The notes: generated from the letters alone by a model not told the origin. Positions 39,170-52,480 are shown, counted from the first letter of the stretch. The stretch is DNA of 64,000 nucleotides from Raillietiella orientalis (GCA_036172245.1 JAYWIR010000014.1:2852001-2916000); one strand, 5' to 3'. Made by a program: numbers and translations.

Positions 39170-41430
39170 ACCCGAAGCTCGTAAGCACAACACGCCGAGA
39201 AAGCGCTCATTGTCCTCAGCATCGGGCAGACCAGGAGCAACCTGTTCCCCTCTGCTGGTTCCCAAGTTGCGCAGGGGGGGACAGCGGGGAGTGGTAGAAA
39301 ACCTCGAGGGAAACCGTAAGGAACCAAAAGCGAGGATCCCTGGACTAGAAGAAGGTCGAAACAAATCCCCGGACATCGAACCGTCGGGAGGGAGCTCACT
39401 GGCGCGGCGAGGCGGGGCGATGCTCCCTCCGTCATCTCTCTGCATTCGTCTCCTGCCGAGATCCTGCAAAGTGTGCACTATCGGTGCGTGCGTTGCTCAC
39501 ATCACTGAGCTCGTCGCGACACTTCCTGTGTCTCCGTGCCCCAGGATCCACTTTTCATTTCACGCCAGTGGAAGTGGTCAGCTAGAACGACAGATGGTCC
39601 CCGGATGCGAAGAGGATCCGTGGACCCTCTACGCAGAGAGAGAATGGAGCTCCTCATGAGACGAGATCAATTCTCAGAGGACGCCGTGCTCCAGTATCGA
39701 GAGGGTCCACCTTCACCTGCCGACAAACACGACCAGTTCCTGCCAATCCGCTCTTCACGGTAATCAATGTGATGTTTGGAGATGTCCGGGAGAGGCGGAT
39801 GGAGGATCTTGGATGTCCGGACGAGACGCGTGTGTTTGCTCCGCAGTCCGCTTGCTCGGCTTCCGTTCAGGATGAATCCTCCCCTCTCTTCCGAGCAGCA
39901 GTCGCGGCAGATCGGCGGCGGTGATCATCCGGAAACTTGGGGATTCACGATCTCAAGATGAGTCGGCATCCCCCCGCGCGATCACGCCGAAAACTCCTAG
40001 GCAGACGGCGTTCGTGGGTGCCTTGGCGGGATCCACGAAGCACCCGCCCGCAGCCTCCCGATTCGTTCGCTAGGACTCTCCTGATCAGCTCCGCCGCCTT
40101 TGGCGTGCCAAGCGCGCGCTCCAAGGACTATTCGCTCGCTAGTGTGGCTGGGGGAGGGATACAACAAAGGGAGACAACACCGCGTTCGGCAATGCCTCCC
40201 TAGGGAACCCTCGCTCGTGCGTGCTCATGGAGGGTGTCCGAATTTTCCCTCTCTTGGTCATCCAGTCATCTTTTTGGTTTCCAGAGAGGAACCACCTCGC
40301 TGGGCACGAAGAGTTCCGATGCGATTCCAGCAACGAGTGTGATCCATGAGGATACGTGGCAGACAGGAAGGAGCAGTCCATCTTGTTCCAGACGCAGAGA
40401 AGACGACTGACCACCAGTAACCGGGAAAAGAATAGTGGATGGAATGAGGCTGCGCTGGGAAGAAAAGAGCTTTCGCAGCAACAGCGTGGGGGCGCGGAAA
40501 GTGGGTGCGTGGTCAGGTAACATGGAGGCGTTTTGAAAATGACGCGAAAACAAAAGGGGGAGGGTGGGTGGGAAGCGAGAGGAAAAGCGTCCCGCATCTT
40601 TTTTGCGTCCTCTTCACTCTGCTCCTCAAGGGACGCGGAAGGTTTTCCCCTCGAGAGATTATCTGATCTGCTTTACGAACGCGGGTCGAGCAACAGTTGG
40701 CGGTCCGAAGGAACGACCCGATGATTGTCAACAGCAGCCCACAGAGGGAGAAGAGGCCTCAGCGCAGCAGTCCCATCCGTCCGTCCTGCTCTCAGGCGAG
40801 TCCGAGTGTTTGTCGGCCGCGCGCAATGCCCCGGTGCCGATGGGGTATTTAAAGAAACAGAGCCCCTGAAAACCGGAGCTGCTGCTGCTTTCCGCCTTAC
40901 CTTTGGCTCTTCGCCTTGAGTAGCTCCAAAGGTGATTCTTCTTCTGCTTCAGCCAACTCGATCCCCCATCCACCATTGTCCTGGTTTCTGATTTGCCGAC
41001 CGTCGAGGGTTGGCATGTGCCACCTCGCTTTTGCTGGTAGCAGCCGGTCAAGAAGACTTGCTGCGGGGACGACAGCGCCCTCGGGACCGCGATGCAGCCT
41101 TTCAGCTTGCCGTTGGCATCTCGCTCTTGTCGAAAGGAGGCAGAGAGGACCAGGAAGCCGCTTTTCCCCGCCAGACTTTTCCGAACGCTTCAACGAGCCA
41201 TCTGCTCAGCTCGGTCGTTTCTGTGGAATGACTGGAATGTTGCTGCGGAACGCAACCGTCATCCAGAGGAGCCCGTGGACCGAAGCCGAGGGAGAGGTGG
41301 CCTCGGACCGGGGCACACCCGAGGGTTCTCGTGGTTTCCTCCCGGAACACCGCCTCTCTGTAAGCCCTTTTTTTCTACCGAGCAACTGGACCATTCAGGG
41401 CGCGGCGATGGGGTTTATTACCCGGTTGCG
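39170..41430 (-). mobile_element. Decayed LINE ORF2 (RT to C-terminal zinc finger)
   Basis: RGPEG (~41085), RVRKADQIIS (D..KAFD, ~40675), SFHPLFF, ATYPHG (AYADD, ~40350), CATWEPAEGNRLLLVCP (~39250). Confidence 0.5.
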
Positions 41431-41438
41431 CTGGGACG

Positions 41439-44400
41439 TTTATTAATAATATCTTCTGGGAACTGTGTTCCCAGGTAAGGGGAACAGAAGATGGGGAGTA
41501 GATTTCCCGGAACTCATGCCGGGCACACTGAGAGTTCGGAACGGGAGGGTGGGGACAATAAATAAATAAATTAGGTGGGAGGGCGGGGACAGGGGTATGC
41601 AGTTTAACCGTTCCTATTCTCAGAACCGGCTGTGAATGCCGCCGATCTCCGTCCTCACTTCTGCTCCCAAGTGTGGCCACCCGGCAGCCATTTGCAGGTT
41701 GCAGGCTGCAGTGTCGGGGACCGATGTTGGGACCGCTCGCATCTGCAATACGTGGCGGGCCCTGACAATGGCGCGGACGCAGCAGATGATTGCGACGACC
41801 GCTCCAAGAGAAAGACCGCCACGCGTGTAGAAGCGGCGCATCCAATCCAGTGCGGTGTGTCCAGGGTGCAGGAGCGCTGAAGACAGCCGCCGCCACAGCT
41901 CCTGGAGGGCACCGCACTCAAACAGCAAATGCGGAAGCGATTCCACCGCTCCGCATTTGGCACAGTTCGGGGACGCAACTCCCCCGGAAACCAGGTGGCG
42001 CGCGCTGGTTGCAGCACAAACCCCAATGCACCAGCAGAAAAGCGTCCTGTTTCCACCGAAGGGGGAAGAGAGTCGCGTCCAAACACGCAGAAGGGACCAC
42101 AAGTTCATCGGTGGGCACCCCGAGGAGCTCACTCCACCGGAGAAGTCCCTTGGCACGAAGGCGAGGTGTGGCAGCGTCTGCCACTTCGCAAGTCCGCCAG
42201 CCGCCCAGCAGTCGGGTTTCGCCTGCGATTTCGCAAGCGACCTCCCACCTCGCCAGCAGGTCACTGTCGTCTCGCACCATCAGTGCACACAGTGCTTCGG
42301 CGAAAGGCGTAGCGGCTAGGCGTGTCCACTGGTCCTGGTCTTCCAGCACCTCCCCCCCTGGACAGTATGGGGAAAGGTTCACGCAACGGAGTTCCAAACG
42401 GGACACATCCTGTTGCGCTGCCCAGGACGATAAGGCTTCCTGCCTCCAGGCGTTGAAGTTCGTCGGCCGGCAGGAGATCCACGCATGCTTTCCCAGAAGC
42501 GAGGCGAGCTGCTTCAAAGGGAAGCCGAATCCTCTCTGGGCGCGCTCCGTGCGCAGATGCAACGAACGTAGTCCGTCGCCACCCGTGCAGCGCCGCAGGA
42601 GCACACCAGGGAGTAGTCCAGAGCTGCGCAGAAAGTGCCAGCGTGCGAAACTGCATTAACAGTTCGATCCGCTCCAGCGTCAGGATGCCCAATCCTGCAT
42701 CCCGCCGAGAAGCCGTCAAGTCCTTAAGGCGGAAGATCCTGGACCTCGCCGGTCCCCACAAGGCGTTCCGCAACAGGCGCTGCGCCCGGCGCTTAGCCAA
42801 GTAGAGAGGGGGACAAACAAAAAAGAGGGGACGGAGGAGGGGGGCAACGAAAATGTTCCACACGAAGGCCCGTTCCGACAGGAGAAACCTGCCGCCTTGG
42901 AACGGGCCCAGAGCAGTCTCGGCCTTGTGAAGGCAGTCCGACCACGCTTCTGCTGGACAGAAGGCGCCCAAGGGAACGCCAAGGTACTTAAAGCACCTGC
43001 CCGTGGGGATACCCAGGCGGATCCAGTCGGACTGCCCCTCCCACGTAGAGCCAACCGGTACAACGGTTGATTTCGTCCTGTTGACGCTCAGGCCCGCTCC
43101 CCGACGAATGAACTCGAAGAAGTCCTCGAGCCTGGACTCCGGGGTGGACATGGGCAGAAGCAGGAGAAGGTCGTCAGCATAGGCGGCCACGACCGGTGTT
43201 CCCGGGCAGGAGCTCGGCAGGTTGGCCAGCGTCAGCCTGTACGCCCTCAGTACCAACTCAAAGAAGATGCTGAAGAGCAGGGGGCTTAAGCTGTCTCCCT
43301 GCCTGATACCCCGCCGTATGGGAACGCCGTACACGTGGCTCCCGCTGAAAGAGATACAGCATAACGCGTGGCGCCAGCAGGAGCGCAAGTAGGCGATGAG
43401 GTGCGTCGGGAGACCTAGGCGTCCCAGAAGCTCCAGAAGGAGGTCCTGGTTTACGCTGTCGAACGCTTTGCAGAGATCGACGGCGACCGCTAAGGCCCCC
43501 GGCGTTGCATCGTGCCTTGAACACCGCCGCTTACCTTTGGCAGCGGCGATTTCGGCTGCCTGGGTCTGCTGCGCCACGCGCTGCTGCAACTCGAACTCTG
43601 TTCGCGCGAAAAAGAGATTCGCGTCCATGGACCGCCCCGGAACAGCATACGTCTGCTACGGACTTACCAAGGACTCCGCGATTCTCCCCAGCCGCGCGAC
43701 CCATAGCTTCGAGAACAACTTGACGTCCGAATTCACCAAGGTGATCGGACGCCAGCTGCTGAGGTGGCGCAAATCCCCGCCTTTCGGCAGGAGCCGCACC
43801 TTTGCTGAGCGGAAAGAAGCGGGAACATCTCCCGTCTCCCGCATCAGCGAGGAAAGGCTCAGCACCAGGGGGACGAGCTCCGCCGCGAAGCACTGAAAGA
43901 ACTCCGCGGGCAGGCCATCCTCCCCAGGCGCCTTACGCCTCTTCAGTCCCGCTATGGCGGAAGATACTTCTTCCTCCGTGAAGGGCCAATCCAATCTGGC
44001 GCGTTCCTCCTCGTCGATAGCAGGGTTACCCGTCGGAAGAAGCAGCTCGGAGAGACTGCGTTCCGTGGGCTCCTCCGCGTACAACGAGGAGTAGTAGCGC
44101 TTGACTACGCGGTGTACGTCGGCTGCAGCCGAGCATTCCTGGCCAGCGTCATCGAGCAGACAAGCCGCTCCAGACTGCCAAACCTGGCGCTCGGCCCTGG
44201 CCTTGTACTCCGCCAGACGCCGGACGTCCGGGCATCGGGAGAAGGTACGCGCCTGCAGAAAAGATCTGCTGTTCGCGACACCCTCCCCGAAGCCGCGGGG
44301 AAGCAGGTGCAAGGGGAACCGGCAGCAGAACTCGCGGACCGATCTTTTCAGATCGTCCCAGCCCTCGAGTTCACGGATGACGAAGCCCCGGAGGTGTTGG

Positions 44401-44600
44401 CGAAGATGCTCCGCCGCCTCCGAATTGCTAAGCCAGTCGGCCGGCAACCTCCAGACATTCATCGGAGGCCCTTTGCCAGGCGGGAGGAGCTCGAACTCCA
44501 GTCTCGGATGATCCGAAATCGCGGACAGCAGGCGCCCTCTCCGACCTACTCGTGAGAGCAGGTGTTCATCGAGGAACGCATGGTCCGGCGATGGGGTGGA
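41439..44600 (-). mobile_element. L1/Tx1-clade non-LTR retrotransposon; best-preserved copy, apparently 5'-truncated
   Basis: Contains the endonuclease end (ISDHPR), KAPGEDG, WRPITLVNSDVK, DLCKAFDSV, GIRQGDSLSPLLF, AYADD, FKYLG, GLGIL and the CCHC finger CAKCGAVESLPHLLFEC. The 3' UTR 41619-41439 has a (TTTA)n tract and AATAAA at 41439-41444. Confidence 0.93.
41620..44600 (-). pseudogene. ORF2 (endonuclease/reverse transcriptase) pseudogene
   Basis: In-frame TAG at 43656-43658 (P*Q, whereas the sister copy has PEQ) and apparent frameshifts near 42605 and 42000 join ORFs 43656-44462, 42261-43628, 41918-42604 and 41620-42264. Confidence 0.9.
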
Positions 44601-44619
44601 GAGTGCAATGGGACGACGG

Positions 44620-45100
44620 CGCTCACATCCCTGACTCCCCGCTTCCCCTTCCTTCGTTGCTTCCTCTGCGCGTGCGCGACCAACTTTCCTATTCCTTCTC
44701 CTTCAAGCTGTGGCGATGCCTACAGATGCTTCTGAAAATTCCGAATGCAAAAAAAAAAAAAAAATTCAGGGTGTGGGATTAAAAGGGAGAGGGCGGGAGC
44801 ATGCTGCTTGGCTCGGGAGGACGTTTGAACCCCAGATCGCCGGCGGTATTCCTGGGAGTTCTCAACCAAGACTTCGTTTTTTTAGGGTTCTGAGACACGC
44901 GGCATCTATCCACCCACCATCGGGGTGCAGCTATGAGAGCCACCTCTCCGCGCATGCCTGCTCGGAAATGGACAATTTCGACCATTCGCTTTCGATCTGG
45001 ATGGTGATGGATATGGACCTCGAGATCGGCAGTCAGTGTCGCGTCTGGTCCTTCCTTTGCAGGGAGGGGAAAGGAGGGGAAGGGTCATCTCGATGATCAC
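44620..45100 (-). mobile_element. Strongly decayed endonuclease relic, colinear with the 5' end of the preserved LINE
   Basis: PDRKRMVEIV (D..GR.L.V), VALIAAP (LINVYAP), TAGDLG (GDFN, ~44840), GVRDVS (L.D.W, ~44630). Confidence 0.45.
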
Positions 45101-46879
45101 AGATACACCTTCCGCCATTCCCTTACCTCCCGCTTCCCTCTATTCGGAGCGGAAAGCACCGAAAATCTTCATTCTTCCCTCTAGGCACCTTCCTGGGAAT
45201 TCCTCACGCAGTGGAACCGCTGCTGCTTCAGAGAGAGAGGCAAACCGCCACCAAAGTCGACCACCCCAGCTTAGCGCCGACTACGTGAAGGGAGGAAGTC
45301 GCATCCGTACCCGACCAAATCCTCGAAAGACCCACATTATTACCTCCCCTTTTTTTCCCCTCCTTTTTCGTGCGCAGCGCAGAGTCCCTCCCCCTACCCC
45401 TTCCTCTTCCCCTTTGCCCTGGCTGGACACCCGAGCTGCGCCGCCGTTCGGAGAACTTTGGGAATCCTTCCCTCCGAGGGCTTCCTTCGGGTAAGCGCCT
45501 GTCCCTGGCACACACGGCCCTGCCGGTCATTCCCGACCTGCTGCGACGGGTTCCTGAGCGAAAAACCGCGAGGTCGTCGTCATCCCGTATCAGGAGGTAT
45601 CAAAAGCATCCCTTTCTGTCTCGCGCTTTTCGGTTATTCACGAGAAAGAATTTGTAATCCAGGAATCCCAAGGGCAGGGGGAGGAGGGGAAGAAGAAGAG
45701 TGGGACGGCCACGCGACCATCTTTTCAGAGGAACCGACCACGTGCTTCTCGCCCTCTGGCCGCCGTCGAGAAGCTGCCCCGAGAAGATTTCGTGGAAAGA
45801 TGCTGCATCGCGTGGTCTTTATGCGGAGATCAAACGATGCCGAGAAAGAGGAGGAGGAAGGGAGAAGGAGTAAGAGGAGGGAAGGAGGTCGATACTCCCC
45901 TCCCTCAGGGTTGCCTCTCGCGAGTGTAAGAAGCACGCTGCTCCCTTCGGGGAGCGTCCTTCAGAGAAATTTGGAAGGCTTCCTTCGAAGTTCTCTTCAG
46001 AGGAGCAAACCAGGAGCAGTCTCCTAGCGGGTTTCCTCCGGAGAAGAAATGAGGAAGGCCCCTTCCAGTGGACCTCTCCGGAAAGAATGAGAAAGAAGTT
46101 TTCTTCAGAATCCCCTTCGGAGACAACCAGGGTGAGGGTTCCCTTCGGAGTTCCATTCCAAGCGTAAGGCGAACAGACTCCTTCCTCTGGAGCTCTTCCT
46201 GGATCCATAGGGTGATCCCTTTGTCGTGGGATTGGAAATCCCATTGCATCGGCGCAAGCCTTACTGCTCGCAAGTAGATTGCCCAATGAGGTCTACATTG
46301 GGGAAATAAAAGGGGAGGAAATAAACAAAAAATAAAAGACACAACAACTACAAAAAAGCACTCTTTTCGTGAAAGATTGTAGGGATGGAGGGAAGAAGGA
46401 AGAGGCAAGGGAAAGGATCACAATAGACTCCCTGGCGTTCTCAGCATCCTGTCTAGAATGCAATCAGGTTCCTCCTTTTGACTCGAGAGGTGCAGCAATC
46501 CTATCGCCTTCCTCTAGCAAGGGAACGCGATGGGTTGGTCCGGCCCCTTTCGGCTCTCCGCCGCGGCTCCACGGAGGCAGAGCGAAGCTGCGATCACCTC
46601 GGCAGGCGACATGGCGCCACGTGTCGGCGTCCTGCCACGTCGTCCGGGGTGTCCCTTGGAGATTTCAGGACAGTAGAAAAAACGTTCCAGCACACGCCAC
46701 AGGGAAACGCTTCCAGGGAACAGGTGCGGTAAGCGTTCCCTTTCCTGCTTCCCGCCTGTCACAGTTCAGCGCGATAGCCTCCCTGGTCTAGTGGTGCCCG
46801 GCGTGTAAGTTGTAACGAGGGAGAATCCAATGCAGCAGTCGCAGAGCCGAGTCCTGCCGCTCCAAGGGAAATGAGGAGC

Positions 46880-49210
46880 TGTCCGAGAGCACTGTGGGGA
46901 TCTCAAGGTTTTTCCAGAAGAATTTTGAGAAGATCGACCCGGCGAAAGAGTCCCAAAGGGGACTCTTTCGCCGGGTCGACAGTAGGGGTAGAAGCGTCGG
47001 CAAGCTGACGCGTCGTCCATCAGAGAGAGTGCGTCTCCTCCGAAAGGGAGGAGACCTATGCAACTGGGAGACCAATGTCTGAGACGGTCAGCGCCAACGT
47101 TCATCAAACCGGAACAGCCGTGCTCTGTTCCCGGACGGAGCGTGGAAGCGAACCTGTCCCTGGCCGGTTCCTGGCTTCAGTTGCAAAGGGGTTCTCCAGG
47201 TGGCCGCAGGAATCCTGGATTCCTATTTATGCAGGGAATGGGGGGTGAGTTTGAAGGGGGTGCGTCTGGAACCCTTGCGGTCGCAGTCGGCCTGCAAAAG
47301 GCTTTCAACCACCGAGCTTCTTCTGGAGCTCCTGAAACCTATGGGATTTACGACAGCCTTCCTAGCTTATCTGCACTCCAGCTGGCGCCACGCACTAATA
47401 AGCATTGATTTCAGAAGTCGGAAGAGATTTTCAGGGTGCCCGTGTGGCGGGGCATTCGGCAGGGAGCAGTCTGAGCCCCCCGCTCTTCAGAACCTACTTC
47501 AAGTTGGTGTTTAGAGATCATACAGGGAGACTCTGGTGACACCTTTCCGAGCTCGTGCTTCGACAAGTCGAAGGTGCCGGCTTATGCTGACGACCTTCTG
47601 ATCCTGCTCACCATGTCAGACCCGGTGGCAGAGCTCGAAGAATGCTTCGAGCTGATCCGTCGCGGGGCCGGCATGGTGGTCATCAGGACAAAATCGTCCG
47701 TATGTGCAATCGGTAAGGAGTGGACTGCACAGCTGGACTGGATCCGCTTAGAGATCCCCACGGTTCGGTACTTTGAATACCTCGGTGTTCTGTTGGGGAA
47801 TTTCTCCCCGGAGGGGGCGTGATCACCAGTCTTCAGATCAGACAGAGTCGGCGCTCGGCCCGTCCCAGGGTGGAAGATTTCTTCTGCCGGAACGCGCCGT
47901 CGTATGGAACAATTTTGCGGCTCCTATCCTTCGAACCTTCCTTTTTGTCTGTCCCTCCTCCCAGTAGTGTATAGAAGCGGACCGGGTTCCTTTGCGAAAA
48001 GCCTTCCAGGGCACGTATAGGTCCCGAGTTCGCTCGAAGGACTCAAGGACGCTCCTCACGGGACGGCGGACCCGGTGTCGTGACACTGGAAAGATGGAGC
48101 GTATCCGAAGAATCGCCCTGGAGGAAAAGTTCCGAAGCACCCATTGGTGCGTATCGGCATGCATCCTGACCAAACGAAGAGCCGACTCAGAGGGGTTCAT
48201 CTCGTTCCTCGTTTGCAGGCACCAGAGACTGCTACGATGAGGTTTGCCAGCTTCCGCAGGTGGTTGCCTTGGCTCAGCATCGCACCTGGATCTCCTGTTC
48301 ACCGAAGAATTGTAATGCCTGGAAACAGGGAACGGTTCAGATGTGGGCAAAATCAGCGGCGTGAGCCTCAAAGAGACTCCACATCTGCGGCACTCCATTT
48401 GCGCTCTCTGATAGCTGAAGATGATGGACTGCCCGAGGAAAAAGACTCTGTGGACCAGAAAACTCCTCTTTCTGCAGCGCTGTCATCCTCCGAGGTATCC
48501 AGGAGAGCAATCGGCCCACAAGATAGGAAATCAACTGCGAGATCGCGAGAAAAAAGAATCCATTGGGATGCTGGACGCAGGTCAGCTGGCTGACGCCTCC
48601 ATCCCGCCGTCCTCCCCAAAGGACTTACTGGAATCCCGTTGGAGAGAGTGGAGATCTCCACGCTGTTCTTGGACAGTTCCATATCTCTTATGAAGAGACA
48701 GGACTCAGTGTTGCGACTGCCGCATTGGGCCATCCCATGTAATGCACGCCTCCACCGCTAGACCAGGGAAAGCGTGGCCCAGAGTAGCCAGATAAGGCAA
48801 AGGGAAACATCGTCGCATCAGCTGTTGGAACGTGTTGTCCTCCGGCATGCGTGGGACGTTTGACCACGTCCCTGAACTTCTCAGAAGACCATCGGAGGGC
48901 CTAATTCAGGAGCCTCTTGATGCGTGGAGGAATGCACCTGTCGTGGCGCCCGCAGCTTCGTGCTGTGCGCACGGGATCGTGGCGGCTGAAAGCTCCGACG
49001 ACAGAAGGTCCCGGAACAGCAGAGAAGCCACATCCATCGCCTTCCCATTCCAGAGGATGGCAGCGAGATGGCTGCAGCTGAGGCGCAACTAAGAGGAACT
49101 CTCCGGCATCCTTGAGAGGATGCAGAGGCCACCAGAGAGCAACCTGTAATCCCTTCCCTTCCCACCCCCAAACATTTTAGTACTTTTTTTGTTTATTTCT
49201 CTTACCCTTA
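46880..49210 (+). mobile_element. Decayed sister copy of the 41.4-44.6 kb LINE, inverted orientation
   Basis: Peptides match the neighbouring copy: VRLLRKGGDL, PEQPCSVPGRSVEANL, LAVAVGLQKAF, LAYLHSSWRHAL, AYADDLLILLTMS..FELIRRGAG, WIRLEIPT..FEYLGV, QGGRFLLPERAVVWN, ETSSHQLLE. Many stops and frameshifts. Confidence 0.92.
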
Positions 49211-52200
49211 CCTTCCCTGTGCGAACCTCTTCCTGGACCGCGGCAGGAATGTGGTTTTTTTTTCGAAGCAACGCCGCTCGTGGCAGGAAGGAGATTGGCG
49301 GTTCCCGGAATGCCACCCGACATCCAGGCCGGGAGGACCGGGAGGATCATGGCGCCAAATCCAAAACCACCCCCGGACGAAACCCATCTTTATTCGTGCA
49401 CACACTGCCCATCCGGGGTCGGAGCATCCCACATGGCAGAGGGTGGGTCATGACATCTGGTTCAGGAGCAGACTCACTTCCACGCTCCTTCCGGGAACAA
49501 TATGAGACTGCTCCGGTTTGATGAACGTTCCCGCTGACCGTCCCTTCCCTCGACTGTTCCGGGTTCCTCCGAAACCTGCAAAAGTGATGACCCTGCACTG
49601 CCGCTGCGCACCTTTATGAATGAATTATGGTTGAAATTAGCATTTTTTTTTTTTTTTTTACACTAAACGCCCCAGGGTGATTGGGTGAAAATCCAATATC
49701 CCAGCGGTTTCCTTCTTCCCGTAACTTCACAGAAGCACTTCCATCTTTCCGGCTACCCAATGCCGTCGTTCTCCCGTAGGGAGGTAGGCGCTGCAGCAAG
49801 CCTCGCTCCCATGTGTTCTTCTTCCTGGGGTTTCCCATGATCTCCTCCAGCGTGCGGCGAGCGTGATTAGGGAAGTGAAGACTCTGAGACTCCCCCGGGA
49901 TCACGTCGTTTGCTCCCTCCCACATTTTGGGCGGCTTCCTGTTTCTAGCCGCTACAGTTCGTGGACGGGCAGCAGATGCAAACGTCGTCCCGAGTCAAAG
50001 CAACCATCCGTCAAACTGATTCCCAGCATCAGGGTAAAGGAGGACAGGAGGGGACGGGGACGGGATCCTTCGTCGAATTTTCGACAAAAAAACCGAGTTC
50101 TCTGAAATGTGGGTGCATTTTTTGTTGTTGTTGTTGCAACGATCGGCCCCGTCTGACCGAGGTCGCCGTTCTCATTCCAGGAGGACAACTCGCCGTCCCA
50201 GCGAAAAGCTTCCGGGGAAGAATGAGGCAGAGGAAGCAGAGCAGGAGGACGAGAGGAAGCAACACCTCCGTGATGTCAGATTCTTCCTGACGGCTGATCC
50301 TGGCATCCTGTCTCCACGAGGAAGCGCCGTCGAAGGCCCAATGCGGACGAAGCGTGGGGACGGTGGAGGTCCTGCGGGAGCGACCAACAGCAACCAGAAG
50401 GGAGGACTGTCGTTCCTGACGCTTGGAGCTATGGGAGGCCGGGAAGCGAACATCAGTCTCTCAAGGAGGATTCCTTTAGGAGGGCCGCAAGCTGTTTCGG
50501 GGTAGACGAGCCTGGGGGACCTCGCGTTGCCTGCCCGCCGCGTTCCGAGACATCGTTCCTGCCGCGCATCCGGTGTCGGCCCTTTTCCGATGCCCTCACC
50601 GGGAACCCCGGAGCGGGGATCGCTGCAGTAGACGTCAGCGTGGCAAACCCTACGCTAGTTTGATTGCCGCTGGACTCCTGTGAAGACTGCGCTGCTATCC
50701 GCGTGAGGAGGATCTGCGTCAGAACCCGCATCCGTCCCGTTCAAAGAGCCCAAAGGGTTACAGGTCTCTGTGAGAGCGGGGCAGCCCGGTTCCACGACGC
50801 GCCTGCTGCTGTAGCATCCAGCATTCGGAACCGGGATTCCTCGCAGACGAGGGTGGGTGGGAGGAACAGGTCATGCCCCACTTCGCCTCCCCATTCCCGT
50901 CTTCACGCTGGATGCCCACGTGCCAGCTTGGCGCGGAGGAGGGGAAAAGAGGCTCCGAGCCTGCCGACAGCAAGGCTCTGGGTTCGAATCCGCTCCTGCG
51001 CAGTTCTTAGAACGGGGTAGCCGCCTTCCAGACGGTCCCCTGCATCCTTCAGGTCCTCTGTCCAAGCGACCTAATGGGGTTCCGAATCAAGGCCGCCCGT
51101 GGCAGGAAAACGATTGGCGGCTCCCAGAATGCCACTCGACATCCAGAGCGAGTGGACCGAGAAGGCCACAAATGAGGAACGGAGAGGGTCTGGGGTGCTA
51201 GGGCACCTTCCTTCAGCCCCCTTCCTCCTTCTCTCGGCAGCATGCATCAAAGAGGAGGAGGAGGAGGAAGAGGAAGCACGGATGCTCCAAAAGTGTTTCT
51301 CTTTTTGTGCAAGACGTGAAGGAGAAACGAGGATCGGTGGCAGATTGCCTGGAGAAGGGGAGCCGAGTTTCCCACCCAGCAGAACCGTTTCTCCTTTTGT
51401 TTCTGTGGTGCGCTCGGGAGATTCACTCCAAAAGACGAGATGAATGTCTCCCGGATTTTCGCTGCTTGTCCGCCTCATGACCGCCTGCTTGCGTCTTGGA
51501 AACCATCTTCTTCGAGGAGATTACCGGGAGCAGCTCCTCGAACGAGGCTGCCTTCCTCCTGGAGACCACGGTCCCAGGATTACCAGACTCCTATCGAAGA
51601 AAAAAAAATCAAAGAATTGAAACAAGTAAGGATGTGGCCCAAAGGCCTCCGGGAGAAAGAAGGCCACCGGACCTTTCGGAACATCAGAAATCGGCCACTC
51701 GTTGGTATCGGAAGTAAAAGCGGCCGCTGGCAATCTCTGGGGACCAGTCAACTTGTGTCTCGTATCCTTGAGTTTGGCTCTCGAGCTCCTTGGGAAGAGA
51801 GAGGAAGCGAGAAGTGCAAGGCGAAAGTGACGCCGAGGTCACGCCGGCGGACCTCGACTCCCTCTCCTCCGGGATTCGCGCTCCCTTCCACAGAGCCACG
51901 TTCGCTGGCGGAAGCACCGCGTCTTCCCGAGACGAAGCAAACCGAGGGGCGCTAACGACCTCCTCACCGCGTTGTCCTCCCCATATTTCGCCCCCCTTCC
52001 TCCTTTGGGAGAAGCAGGCGACCTCGCACAGGACGAGTACCAGGTCCAGGAAACGGAGGGAACGGGAAGAGAGGGGGGAGAGGGAGGAAGGAAGGAGAGG
52101 TCTGGGTGTGTGAGTGAGGAGTCCTTCCTCTCAATTCCGCTTCCCGGGCCGCCGCCACAAATTCGCCGGAAGTACGGGCAGTGAGGCGAGCTCAGGAGAG

Positions 52201-52480
52201 CCCTCGGAAGCGGAGCAGGGCAGGGCACTCGCTCGTGAGGCGCGCGGATTTTGAGAAGACCCCGAGGCTACGTCCGCTAAGTTTGGGGGAATTTCAACTG
52301 CTTTTCCGCCCGCACAATTCCTGCCCGCCTGCCGAAATGGATCAACGATTACCTCTCTGTTGCAAAGGATCGCCGATTGGGTGGGCATCTTGTGGCCGGG
52401 CAGGGCGCGCGGGAGGATGGTCCTGGCGCGCCTGCCTCTCCGTTACTGGCAAGGAGAGCTGCCGCGTGGGGTAGCACTGG
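49210..52480 (-). mobile_element. Decayed LINE 5' relics (ORF1 plus endonuclease; endonuclease segment present twice)
   Basis: ORF1-like PIGDPLQQRGNR*SISAGGQELCGR..LTSECP (52220-52390). Endonuclease-like SRSTRSGCRVAF (~51140) and SRSSRPGCRVAF (~49320), plus RVLTQIL. Confidence 0.4.

Noticed and set aside
42261..43628. RT as part of a bacterial retron, group II intron or DGR system
   Set aside because: The endonuclease SDH motif, RQG..LSP..LF, KYLG and CCHC finger, together with the eukaryotic context, indicate a non-LTR retrotransposon
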